DNA of 39,872 nucleotides from Catajapyx aquilonaris (GCA_000934665.2 KZ538930.1:1-39872), one strand, 5' to 3'; shown: positions 12,620 through 25,042, counted from the first letter of the stretch. Numbers and translations are program-made. The notes: generated by a model from the sequence alone, not told the origin.

Positions 12620-12877
12620 AATGGATACCCCGTGATAGGCCCCTTGGGCCTCTTAGGGGATCATCTTTTAATAGACCGACTTTATTCATTTGCCTGAAAT
12701 GTGATGGATTTTGATAGTGGGAGGAAACGGGAGAACCCTGAGAAGACCCACGCGAACACGGAGAGAACCCATCGAAACTCTATCCACATAAGTATCCTCC
12801 GTCCGACCCGGGGATTGAACTCGGGACCTTAGAGGTGGAAGGCTGCGGCGCTAACCACTCGGCCACCGTGTCGCCCG
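12620..12877 (-). mobile_element. SINE family A (copy 2)
   Basis: Near-identical to 7157-7412, with a 13-bp TSD CAATTGAAGAGAT (12607-12619 and 12878-12890). Confidence 0.93.
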
Positions 12878-13709
12878 CAATTGAAGAGATGAGATGAGAA
12901 ACCCCATAAGTCCGTACAAGTAGATTTTTTAGGAGAGACATAAAACGACACAAGTGCACGATACTGCTGTTGCCTACAATGGAATATTTTTTTAAGTAAC
13001 CCACATGCAGAGGCAATACTTTCATCCTGGTTTGAAAAGATTAAGTGACAATGGGTGTATGTAGTGTTTTGTTAAGGGCCGTGGACATATAGGGTTTCTC
13101 GTCTCATCGCCCTTGAAGGGATATATGAAGACCAGAATGCTGTACTTTTTTATAAACATGGGCTTCATTTCCATTACAGAATGACACCCTTCACTCAAAG
13201 TCCCACAATTCAGTTCCATCTGACCCCTTCTCGTCTTCAGTTTGATCACTTCTTTTTTGAAGATTATGGGACTGACCCAGCCTTGTGGCCATACAGCCCC
13301 TTACTTCCTATTTATTGAATGCAACAAAATACACCAATACAAAACAATAAAGCAATAAACTGCACTATTAGGTTAAGCTAGCATCCACTACTTCGCCTCT
13401 AGCCATCATTTGCCATGATACATGAATGCAGAAATCCCATACGTGGAGTGGACATAAGGGGTTTCTCAACTCACTGGGTCATTTTCTGGGCTTTTGCCTC
13501 ATATTCTTGTGTGGTTTCAGCACACCCTGGATATATAAGGATGTTGTGCGTCCATTCCCGGCGATAACTCAATTTAACCAAAAATGTGACTTATGGGCTC
13601 TTCTGACCGCTTCAATTTGAAGAAAATCTGATAGTTTTATTTGGCAAACATTCCATGTAAGATATTTGGCCAAGGCAAGAAAAGGCTTGGCTGCGAAAGT
13701 TTTCAGACA

Positions 13710-13712
13710 TTT

Positions 13713-13747
<35 letters not shown>

Positions 13748-13986
13748 TACCCCATTGGGAGAATCGGCGCTCCATTAGGGGGGGAGGGTGGAGTACCACC
13801 ATTGGATGGGGCCAAGGATAGGGAAGGAAGGAGGCGGCTGTGGCCTATTATACTGAAGCGACCCCGGAATTATCCTAGGAAGACCGTGGAAACCACAGAA
13901 AACCACGGTCAGGGTTGCCGGCCCCGGGAATCGAACCTCCCGATTAGCAGTCGGGCTCCTTAACCACCACACCAACTTGCTTCGGT
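13710..13986 (-). mobile_element. tRNA-derived SINE family B (Lm1/Talua-like body) with (TAAA)n tail
   Basis: Minus strand: TGGTGTGGTGG A box, GGTTCGATTCCC B box, CCCTGACCGTGGTTTTCTGTGGTTTCC...GGCCACAGCCGCCTCCTTCC. TSD GTTTTCAGA. Confidence 0.88.
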
Positions 13987-15122
13987 GTTTTCAGATGTAT
14001 GGTCCCCTCTGGTTCTAAAACTGCTTCGATCGTTTGTGTAAAGTAGTAGCTATGTGCCATCATGTGGCTAAGTTCATTTTTAGGAAAAATTCGTGTTTTT
14101 GACACCAAAACGGTTCTTGCATATTGCACGCACTAATATATGGTCGACCATCTACGAGGAATTCACATTATAAGAATTTGGGTGCCATAATGGAGACCTG
14201 GAGGCATGCGCACATTGACTAACGTTTTGTATCCTACCCGGCCATATCTTGCAATTCAATGAAGCTGAGCTCTGAAAATATCCACATCCATTTCATTCCA
14301 TCCGAGTCTGCCTCCAAACAAGTAGATTAAAGTGTCACTCATTCTGCACTGGTGTAAATCATTTGCCCCCTTTGCACTACGGAACACTGGTCCCCTTCCC
14401 AGCCATTTTCTAAAGCAGCACCTCCAGTATGCAGCTCAAACCATACCATTCTAATAAATTGCACTGAAAGTGTCTATAACGGACCCTGGACATAGCAAAA
14501 ACTTGTCCAATTATTATTGCGGAACCGACTGGCTTCCGCTATACTATGCATGTCTTATACTTGATCTTCTTCATCTCTGCCAATTTTATAGGCACAGCAC
14601 GCCCAACATAATTATGGCTCTATACTAGTCTTATTGGTAGTTGCACAGGGCATGCTCGTGTGATTCCAGTTTTTAACAATCAACACTTTCCGAGAAAACG
14701 GAAGCTTCCCATATACAACTGACGACTATAGGAACATGCAGGTAACTCATTTGTCATTTCCCACCAGCATGAGAAGCTACAAGTGACATCATCCATGAGA
14801 AGCTATCCTTTCCCCGCCTTTCCCTTTCCACCAGTCCTGCAAGAATTTCCTAACATATCCCTCGTCAAGTTTCCGACCGCAGCACCAATTTGCTTCCAAA
14901 ACCGACACATTTGACATTCAAATAACACAGCTGGCGTTTTGTTTATCATGAATTTCAAGTCAACCAAAAGGGTTTAGCGGACATAAATTGGAGGTTCATT
15001 ATTCACATAATACATGTGTGCACCATTACGATGGGGAGAGGTGTTTTTTCGTATGTACGTGCGCCCAGAGGCTTAACATAATTGACACTAGGTTGAAGTT
15101 TTCATCACAGAAAATGCGACGT

Positions 15123-15124
15123 GG

Positions 15125-15168
<44 letters not shown>
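15123..15168. repeat. (GGCA)n microsatellite
   Basis: Directly visible. Confidence 0.95.
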
Positions 15169-15484
15169 CCCGGAATCCATCACACTTTCAGAGTGCCCGC
15201 ATAGGCACAACTGAACATAATCATAAAAATAAACGCAAAGGTTGACCTAACTTTTTATAGGCTGAGGATGCTTGGCTGCTCCTGTTACTCTTATTCTGCA
15301 TATTCCAATAATTATGGTCTCAGTACAGGCAAAAAAACAAACTGCAAAAAATGCCTCTACTATGCTTGGTATTGTTTTAGCAAGTACAGTAGACTATTGC
15401 AAAATCTGTACACGCACAGTCATGTCACGAGCTACAATGAACTGCATAATATTTCTCAAGTACTGTACTACGTAATGGCCTATA

Positions 15485-15918
15485 CAGGGTGAAGGGAAAC
15501 TCGCGGACAATAGCCAGGTAGACTGATAGAACTCGTAAAACTAATATAGATATGTGCAATGAGTTTTGGCTTCGTTGCGTAGTTAATGAGTACGGCGCCC
15601 TTAAAGTGTAGAGGGCCGGATGGTGGAATATGATGCAAAAAACAACAAAGTGCACTGGTGTGGTACCCTGATTCTTACTCTGACGGATTTGCTCACCTAT
15701 TGCACATGGATGATGTGTTAAGGGACCGAGGCAAGGGACCCTCGAACTGACTTTTGCTTCTTAGAAGCTGGCGGAACAGATGTGACGTCACGAAACTTTG
15801 ACGGCGCCGTACGCATTAACTACGCAACGGAGCCCAAAACTAATTGCACATTACTACATTAGTTTTACCAGTACTATCAGTCTACCTGGCGATTGTCCGC
15901 GAGTTTCTCTTCACCATG
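15485..15918. mobile_element. Tc1/mariner-type MITE with ~115-bp TIRs
   Basis: TA-CAGGGTGAAGGGAAACTCGCGGACAAT ... ATTGTCCGCGAGTTTCTCTTCACCATG-TA. Confidence 0.92.
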
Positions 15919-16027
15919 TATAAGATAACCTACTACTGTACAACTAGACTGACAAAATAAACAAAAAATGAACATTACAGATGCGTGGAATTGTGCTCGA
16001 CATATCACTGCAGGGAAATGAAAATTA

Positions 16028-16698
16028 GTGGATGTATTAAGCTCAAACCCCGAAAATGCTAATTGAGCGGGAGAAAAAACGCCCAGACCCAGGTCTGGTC
16101 GCTTTCAATCCATCCAGTCCTAGGTGTGGTCGTGTTAACCGATATTTGCCAAACGTCCCCTGTACAGGACACCTGCACAGATATATTTTTTATTTATTGT
16201 GTTAGTTCTTTTTCTGCTGCTAAAGAGCTGCCAGAGTAGTCACGAGTGCTTCAGTTGTCAACACAGCCTCTTGACACAGCTAATAATGCAGATTCAAAAT
16301 TGCTCAGCACTGCTTCAGCTTTTTAAGATATATCGGTTGAAATCTGCGCTACACATTCGTATCGGGAGATCCAGCGCTCTTACCTACTAGTAAGTAAGGT
16401 TAGGTCATGGGTATGCTGGTACAGCGTGTCCCTACCCTTACATTATGTCTCCCATTACAAAAGTCTTTCCGAAATCTGCTGTCCCCTATATAATAATAAT
16501 ATAATAATAATGGGTGAATTTGCCTATAGTGCCCCCCCCCCCCCGGGCACTATAGGCAAATTCACCCATTATTTGGACAAGTAAAATTTGCGATGGATTC
16601 TGTTCGCTTTGGGATGGCTTGAAAACGACCAGACCCAGTTCTGGATGGTTTTTGTTCGCTCAATGAGCATTTTCGGGGTTTGAGCCTTATAGATGCAC
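16028..16698. repeat. Diverged ~88-bp inverted pair enclosing a perfect 29-bp-arm hairpin
   Basis: GCTCAAACCCCGAAAATGCT in the left arm (16028-16115) mirrors AGCATTTTCGGGGTTTGAGC in the right arm (16611-16698). The hairpin is at 16506-16573. Confidence 0.7.
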
Positions 16699-17966
16699 TC
16701 ACAAGAACATTCATGTACTTTTCCTCTACAGTTCTACAGTATAAACTTTGATTCTGTTGCTTGTACATAGGCCTACACATTATGCAGCTATTGAACACGA
16801 AACACCACACCAAGGGAATCAGGGATTAACCACTTGGGTACTCCGGTGTACACCTGCAGTGGTACTCCCAGGTACTCCTTAGGTACCTTATTCTTTGGTA
16901 CTCCTTGGTACTCCTTGAATTTGGTACTCCAGTGTACACGTGACAGTCGAGTGCCCTTGACACACACAGTTCTTGCTTTCTCTCTCTCTCTCTCTCTCAT
17001 GATCACTAACCGATAGTTGCTACTTAAAAAATAATGATTTTACACACTAACGTGTAGCTATACTGTAAGTTAAAACGTAATCTCAGCAAATCTAGCGCCG
17101 TTATGTAAGCCTGATTTCCACCATCACGGATCTGGACCTCCAGATTATCGACTTACATTGCATGAATATCCTTGCGAGGACAGGGACACACACACACCCA
17201 TAACCGCCTGAAGTGAACCTATGAAGCCTAACTAAACACTGGTCAAGTCCCACACGAAAGCTTCTTTGCCCAACCTTTGACAGCATGCACTGAGGTCTTT
17301 CATAATTATGTTTTGTACCATCCAGATGGCGACGGTGTGCACTACAGCTTCAGTTTCTGATATGGGACGTGGTAAGGTAGGCATATCTCACCAGGCTAGT
17401 GAAAAATTCAACAAAGTAGAGTGGATGGTAGGAATAACAGTGCTGGTCAATCCCCTCCACACGCATACATGAGGCAGGGGGAGAGTTTCATGCGTTGATT
17501 AACGGGTTGTTAGTTTTCGGAGTCTGCACACTAATTAATTTTTCACGAACAATGCGCTAAATAATGCCGCGCATTACCAGGCGAACATGTGCATCAGACG
17601 CGCGGAGCATTGAGTTTCCGCAGTGAAAATAATGTACTGATAGAAGCTGACAGCTACTCACTTATTCCATTTGTTTGATCACATTCTGGACAAGTTCCAA
17701 CCACTAGACTAATAGAAACCCGACTATTTTCCGGGTCTGGCCATCACCCATCCAGTCCAGCCCATGCAGCCCATTCCGGAATGGCAAAACCGAGACGACC
17801 TGCAGCAGCATCGTTGTCAAAAGCAGCAGCCAGGCACGAATCGCACTCGGAAGCCGCTTTTGTCATAATCCACCAGGATCCACTCCCGTGCACAAACAAT
17901 TTTATACAAATGCTGCCATTTACCGCTAAAAAAGGGATCTCCATACACCAGTTTGTGCTGCAGCTA

Positions 17967-18011
17967 CCCACCACCACCACCACCACCACCACCACCACCA
18001 CCACCACCACC
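17967..18011. repeat. (CCA)n microsatellite
   Basis: Directly visible; source of the poly-T and poly-V ORF runs. Confidence 0.95.
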
Positions 18012-19683
18012 TCACTCACATAACGCATGCAGCCTATTTCCCCCTCCCCATTCTCTGGGATAGATACTAGTGGTAGGCACCTGAGCACGTGTCAATCACA
18101 GCCCATATAACCGCAGTGGCAAAGGCATTATCATGTAGCCCCAAAGTAGGTCTACATTGCTGTGGTTCCTGCGGTTTCCAGTTGGCATTTGGTTGTTCTC
18201 TCCGCACAGCACCAGCCAGCCAGCCAGCCCCATTTCATTATTCGCTCGGCCCATGCCCTCCTCAGGCTCTCCAAACGACTACTGCTCCATGCGGATCCAT
18301 GTCAGATTCCGGCCAGTTATGGCTCAACCGATACACGCATCTAATGTGGCCGACGGACGGTTACTCTTGCCAAAATCATGACAACCACTTCTTATTTACA
18401 CTTGGTCACACGCACTCCTGTCGCCTGTCACGTTGACATGTACACAATCATTTCACTCAATATCACCGGCAACCAGATAATCAGCCAATTAATACTTATT
18501 GCAGGCCGGCACCTGTCCTATAGTCATAATTTGCCCGGCCAGACGGGAAAGCGTCCGGCTCTCGTAAAACGAAAAGCATACCAGGACTCTGCAAATGCTA
18601 AGTACTACTAGTACATGTATAGCGTCGAGCGCCTTGAAAATGTGCGGAAGCACGCACAAATGTTAGTTGACACGGCGCAATGCGTCTAATAACTCGTTTC
18701 CTCACTCGCAATAAGTTCATGTTTATTCACAACGGACTAGTGAGATGCATATCCCCGACCAACAATTCATACCGGGTGACGTCCCTCCCCACTGTTACAG
18801 CTCAGCATCAACAACCCTACATTCAGCCGGTGTCTACTTTGTCCCAAATTCCCTGCTGCTTAAGTTTAAATTAAGGTCCTGAAGGTGGCAGCCTATTCCT
18901 GAGTAATAGGCGCCGCCTCACTCTCAAGACAGTGCTCATGCAAGACCTTCTCAAGGCGGACAAAAATGCATATTTGTAGTGTGTTCAGGGCCAAATATTT
19001 CAACTCCACGTATGCACAATATTATTGACTTCACTTACTATCCTCGAATTCTCCATCTGTCTCACATCATTACATACCCTCTTCCCAGGTACATCCCGGT
19101 ATAAAAGTGCACAAATGAAAACTCTGTCATCAAAGTGACCTGTGGAGCCCTTGTCTTTCATGAGCTTCTTGGTAATGCGATTAACATTTTACGCTTGAGA
19201 CGTACCACTTGAGAAGGAATGGTAGGGTAATGATGATAACAACTTTGATCATTTTACCCCTGCAAAACTCTCGCAAAACTCCTCCGAGCTTTTACACTAC
19301 AAGTCAAGTTTTTGACGCCAATTTCATTCTATCACAAGGCAGCTTGGGGCAAATCCGTCACTCATTTCGGGCTACATATGGCTGCTTCGATGTGGATATT
19401 ACGTGACGCAAGAACGCTGCACACCAATCAGGCGTCAATTGAGGGGTGTGGTGGAAAAACACAATAACCCACATTTTTTGTCATTTTTGACCTAAACACC
19501 TAGCAACTATATATGTAAAAGACATGACAAACATTTTGGCTCACTCAAAGTTCACATATCATGCACGAGACGGCAACACGGGCTAGATAACAACCCACTT
19601 GCCATATTTTCTGGCACTTCCTCTCGCGGAAATACTCGACAACCCACCATATATTTATACCCTTCACATTCTTCCGTTTAATA

Positions 19684-20117
19684 CAGGGTGTAACAAATGT
19701 TTCTGGCCCAGTCAATATTATACAAGGGAAATGCTCCGTTTTTTAAAGCTACCCTCATCTTTTATGTTGATATTGTACTACTCCCATAATCTCCGGAATA
19801 TGCTGTCCCCTGTATGACTCGTTTTCCCGTCCATGTCCTCACTGGCTCTGCTTTTGTGCTCACATGAATGAGAGGTGTGCAATGCAAGTGTTGTCTGTCA
19901 AGAAGATTCCTTACAAGTGCTTTGTTATCAATGCCTGATAATTGTGGGCCAGGCTGTAAGATCAAGTCAGGCCAAAAAATCGTGACCAGTTAATAAGAGA
20001 GTTGACCAGGAATGAGCAACTGTCACACAAGAGATACATTCAAACTTGTGGACAGTTTGGGAAGAGGTGTAGCTCCATCTTTGAACAGAAATGGTGTGCA
20101 TACTGAATTATTATTAA
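19684..20117 (+). mobile_element. Internally deleted Tc1 relic
   Basis: TA-CAGGGTGTAACAAATG terminus. About 19968-20117 translates with frameshifts to RPKNRDQLIRE...LVDSLGRGVAPSLNRNGVHTELLL*, resembling the Tc1 C-terminus (LVDSMPRRL..V...GG.T.Y). Confidence 0.65.
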
Positions 20118-22397
20118 CACCTTACATCCTTCCATGTCTGAATAAACTCTCATATAATTATACACCTTAGGTTAATTAAAAAAATTATTCGCCCTCTGGC
20201 CGCCGCGCCGTGTCCGTCATTTACGGACACTCACTTTGATATATATAATTTTGGCAAAGAATCTATAAATCGTAAATGAATGCGGTTTTGGGCATATTCA
20301 CAAGCAAAACAAGCCGAATTCACCACAAAAATGACTTGCTCGAGTGATTCGTCGGACTTTTTCGTATGACGTCATCTTCCGGCGGCTATATTGGAAAAGG
20401 TTATATGCGCAATGATATAGAGATTGTATGAAGCTCAGCTCAATTATGGGAAGCAATTAATTAGATCGGTTTCTAAGAGATAACCACGCATCGTAGGGAA
20501 CTCAGACCTTCACTTCGCTATACTGGTTCTTCACAAATAATAATCTTGGTACGTAAAGCTTGTGCGTCATTTACTGACCACCTTGTATAAGCGAGTCCTG
20601 ACTCACTACCGCCTGATATGAATCCTACCCCCTCACGCAAAACGACATTAACACAGGGCTCCAAGACACTCACGAATACGCGAAGTTGTCATGCCCTACA
20701 TTTGACACAAGGCACCACGGAAATTGATGGGATTGATGCAAAAACAGGTTAACTCCACCTTTGGCCGAAAATGAGTTATTGTAAGGTTCATACCTTACTT
20801 TATCCTGTCATCATACTTCCCACCGTACATACACCCCTTATCATTGCAGTGAGACCTCCTTCCACGTTGGGTTCATTTCCAATGATCCTTAGCAGCAATC
20901 CACCAAAAAGGGAAAGGGTTTCAACAACAGGGGTCAGAAAGCAAGTCAGTTTGGCTTGGGCCAGATGCTGACCGGAGGTGACGCTGGCCATAGCAGAGGG
21001 GCATGTTTCCTACGTTGATACATCAGGACCAGATGAAACGGTACAATTGCACACCAGGTCCATCTGAAGCTCTGAATGACGCACGAGAAGCTGCCACGAG
21101 CAGTACGAGAAGCCTCCGCGAGCAGCACTACGAGCAGACCTTGCGAGAAGCCTATACCTAATTCGATATTGTTATTTCCACGTCAAGATTGAGAACTTGT
21201 ACTGTATTGTCTGGGAACCATAATATAATAATATTAGTGTTTGACAGTGAACTGGTATTCTCGAACTCACTTCCCCACTTCACCAGAATCAGAAATCTTA
21301 GTTATGTTTCTGCCATCTTGGGGCCATTCTGCATATTTTGGTTCAAAAATCAGACCTGTCATGCTCTCCACTGAAGAAATATAGCCGCTAGAATCCTAAT
21401 ATCCTCATATGAGGACATTCGAAGAAAAAAAAATAATCTCCAAATGAGATGTGACTTTTCTTGAAGTGCCTGTACCTATACACCCATAAGGAAGTTTGAT
21501 TTTCGCTACAGTTCACTACAGACTTTGGTATCCGCATATTAAACAAAAAGTTATAATTACAAACATTAAGAATTTGCCGGTAATGCAGTTTTTCTTTGTT
21601 TTCTTGAAAGTAACAAAAGTGGACTTATCCTGTTTTTGCACTAAACCCTTCAATTGCCCTATACGCCAAGTCATAGTAATTCTGCTCAACACAGCTAACT
21701 ATAGCTTCGGCCATCTTCAATTTTCATTCATGTTGTCAAAAAACATATTTGCACTTAAGCTGAAGCTATTGACAGATTGTGCTGTTCAGAGTACAACAGC
21801 AAAAGTTTCTTTTTATCCTAACGTGGAAGTACTAGATCACATTGACAGATATACATCATATTATCCTCTTATCCTATTTCAACATGGGTACAACACCCTC
21901 CATGCATTGGAAAGAGAAAGCATGTTTGTTTTAAATAATTAAATAATTCTGAATCATTTCAAATCACGCCACGTATTTCGCGTCAAGTTACATAAGTCAC
22001 TTACATTTATAAGTTTCCGTTCAATTTATGGGAGAACTATTTCCGAAGCGGTATGTTCATTGCCAGGCGTCACTTCTACCAACAACTTTTCATCATTCAA
22101 TTACAGCCCAGTCTCGATAACCCGATCATCGGTAATCCGATATAGCTTTACGACGTGTCAATTAGTGTTCTGCTACGGGTACATACGCTCTGCGAGTACT
22201 TTGCACACGCCCACTCCGGCTCTTGCAAAACCGAAACACTGAAAAACAAACGCCCTCTGCGTTTTGCTTTGTGTACCAGATAGCTGCATTATTTTCATTT
22301 TAAATGCATTTCTCAGCTTACGATAATAATGATCGTTTCTTCAAATAACGCTGCAGTATACACTCTACTGTCTTTTGTTCAATGTACTGTAGGCCTA

Positions 22398-23160
22398 CAG
22401 GGTGTCCATATGATTACGACCCAAAACCAAAACTTAATAACTCAACGTTGGTTACAATACTAACATATCCGGGTTACGTCATTCCAAAAAAAGAAAAGAA
22501 ACAAAATTGGCATTTTTTCAATAAATTGTAATGTGGGTACCCTACCCTACGGTGAGCGACAAAATAAACATGTGATCTTCATATCCTGTACATGCTGGGG
22601 GTAACCATAGCCACAGTGCCATCTTTAAACAACTGTTAAGATCATTTCTGACCTTGACCTGGTAGGGAATGTTCTTCTAATGACTCCACCACAGGACATA
22701 AATCCAACGAGATTAAGTCTGGTGCCCTCTATGAGGCGATGAAATTGTCATTTTGCACCAATATTCGTCAACCCATATTTGACAGGAGCCTCGTAGTACA
22801 AATACTTGAGCATGCTGGAGAAAATGACTGTTCCTCAATTTACCAGCTGGCCTGGAACTCACTTCCAACAATATGGCGTACCACCCCAATGCACTCTCAT
22901 GGTAAGGCAACATTCTGAACAATGAATTGCCTGACAGGAGATGGATCAGCCTAGGTAAGACAATATTGCATGGTCCTCTCGGGGTTTCCTAAGTCGCCAC
23001 TCTCGCCAGACTTAACCTCGCTAGATATTTTCCTATGTGAGGGTCACGTAAAAATCAATTTTCCTATCAGGTCAAAATCAGAAACGATCTTCAATAGTTG
23101 ACACCAAGCAAAATCTAGGCGTTGTTGTTATGGTTACGCAGGTATACCCATCACGGTACT
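22398..23160. mobile_element. Decayed Tc1/maT-like element with an inverted duplication of the transposase 3' end
   Basis: TA-CAGGGTGTCC terminus. Plus strand gives YLSMLEK..FQQYGVPP..LNNELPDRRWI..SPDLTSLDIF (cf. FQQDGAPPH..RWIG..SPDLTPLDF). 22520-22724 is a diverged reverse complement of 23003-23160. Confidence 0.75.
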
Positions 23161-23583
23161 AAATACGTGGTCTGTGACAGACTGCTGCCTGGTATATTTT
23201 CCGGACTATTTAGAACGCCCAGTTTTATACAATTTATTGAAAAATATAAGATGAGAAGGAATCTTGCGAGTCGCTTCCTTTGAAATGGCAATCCGAGTGT
23301 GTGAGAGATAACCATCTTTGAGATATAAAATCTTAGTTTTGGGTCTTAATACTCTGGCAAATGTACAGTACGCATTTACTATTATTCGTGACCCCGGCAC
23401 TTCCTGCCTATATGGCACATTTACTGTATACCTATTACCTCATTTTGGATTCGTTCCCTCTCCGCCACCCACTCAGCTGCCTACTGCTTTCTCATAATCC
23501 ATGTTCGGTCATGACACCACTTCTAGGTTCCCATGGGACACAATATTGAGACTGTCCTGTACCTGGTTTTGTTGTGCGCCTAC

Positions 23584-23665
23584 CCATGTGTCTTACGCAT
23601 GGTAGGAATGGTTAACTCCAACAGGTGATTTGCAGTCACTTACCTGAAATAGAAAAGAAAAACAA
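23584..23665 (-). promoter_or_regulatory. Candidate recursive splice site (3' splice site fused to 5' splice site) with cryptic RS-exon
   Basis: Minus strand TTGTTTTTCTTTTCTATTTCAG|GTAAGT (junction 23644/23643). No AG for ~150 nt upstream. Downstream donors GC|GTAAGA (+47 nt) and GG|GTAGGC (+60 nt). Confidence 0.65.
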
Positions 23666-24116
23666 TGATATCATATGTAGATGTACATAACCCACCGTAA
23701 GGCAGCATTCACAATTAAGTCGAAAATATGTTGGAAATGCAGGTGTTGTTTTTATATGGAACAATATAATCGTGTCATCGTAATAAGAGGATCATGCTAT
23801 TGATAGCAACATTAAGCATTTTGCAACATGAGTACAGGTATATTGGAAGGCCGTTTGAAAGTCACAGCAATGGCTCAATTATTTACTATATTTTGACAAA
23901 TTCGGATCAATAATCCTGGCACTACATAGCCGTCAAGCCACTATCAAGGTGAAGGTGTTGTTCTATGAGAGTAAAATCTCGATATAACGCTCTTCAAGGG
24001 ACCGGCCAAAATGAACGTTAAAAGCGGGAACTCGTTATAATACAGCTACGTATACGGAAAATACGATTTAATTCACCATTTTCTCAAGAAATGAATGCCT
24101 TCACTGTTGCTATGTA

Positions 24117-25042
24117 CGAGGAGTGATCAAAAAGTAAGGTCTCCAAGGCTGTAACATTTATTCTGTATGAACACAAATGACGAAACTTACAGGGTACATG
24201 AGGACAATGGACATCTACTTTTCTACATAGTTTCCACACCGAAGAACGCACTTATCCCATCGCCAGACCAGTTTCTGAATCCCTTCCCAATAGAAAGGGG
24301 TGCCCTGTTGACAGCACCTGTCACGCAGCCTTCTTCACCTCATCGTCGCTTCGGAGATGCTGACCTGCCATGTCTGCTTTCAGGGCTCTGAATAAGTGAT
24401 AGTCTGTGAGGGATAGTTTGGGACTATAGGGTGTGTGAGGAAGAACCTCCCAGTCGTATCCATTCAGCAAAGCCATGGTGTCCCTCGATGTGTGCGGACG
24501 GGCGTTGTCGTGGAGAAGATGACCCCAGTAGTGAGCAATCCTGGAAGTTGCGACTATCAATTCGGAGCGCAGTGACCCTGGCGAAGTTGCAGAAGGCCAT
24601 CAGGTGGAAACAACCAGGATTGCTCACTGCTGGGGTCATCCTTCTCCACGACAACGCCCGTCCGGACACATCGAGGGACACCATGGCTTTGCTGAATGGA
24701 TACGACTGGGAAGTTCTTCCTCACACACCCTATAGTCCCGACCTATCCCTCACAGACTATCACTTATTCAGAGCCCTGAAAGCAGACATGGCAGGTCAGC
24801 ATCTCCGAAGCGACGATGAGGTGAAGAAGGCTGCGTGACAGGTGCTGTCAACAGGGCACCCCTTTCTATTGGGAAGGGATTCAGAAACTGGTCTGACGAT
24901 GGGATAAGTGCGTTCTTCGGTGTGGAAACTATGTAGAAAAGTAGATGTCCATTGTCCTCATGTACCCTGTAAGTTTCGTCATTTGTGTTCATACAGAATA
25001 AATGTTACAGCCTTGGAGACCTTACTTTTTGATCACTCCTCG
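24117..25042. mobile_element. Palindromic mariner (DD34D) derivative made of two 3' halves
   Basis: TA-CGAGGAGTGATCAAAAAGTAAGG at both ends. Arms 24117-24544 and 24614-25042 each encode HDNARP..WEVLPHTPYSP(D/K)LSLTDYHLF (34 residues between the Ds) and RWDKCV..GNYVEK*. Confidence 0.96.

Noticed and set aside
20771..21128. Coding-looking segment or exon
   Set aside because: No recognisable protein in any frame and no convincing splice-site pair.
24431..24838. 135-aa ORF as an active transposase or SETMAR-like gene
   Set aside because: Only the C-terminal catalytic part is present, with a premature stop and frameshift; the N-terminal part is the antisense of the other arm.
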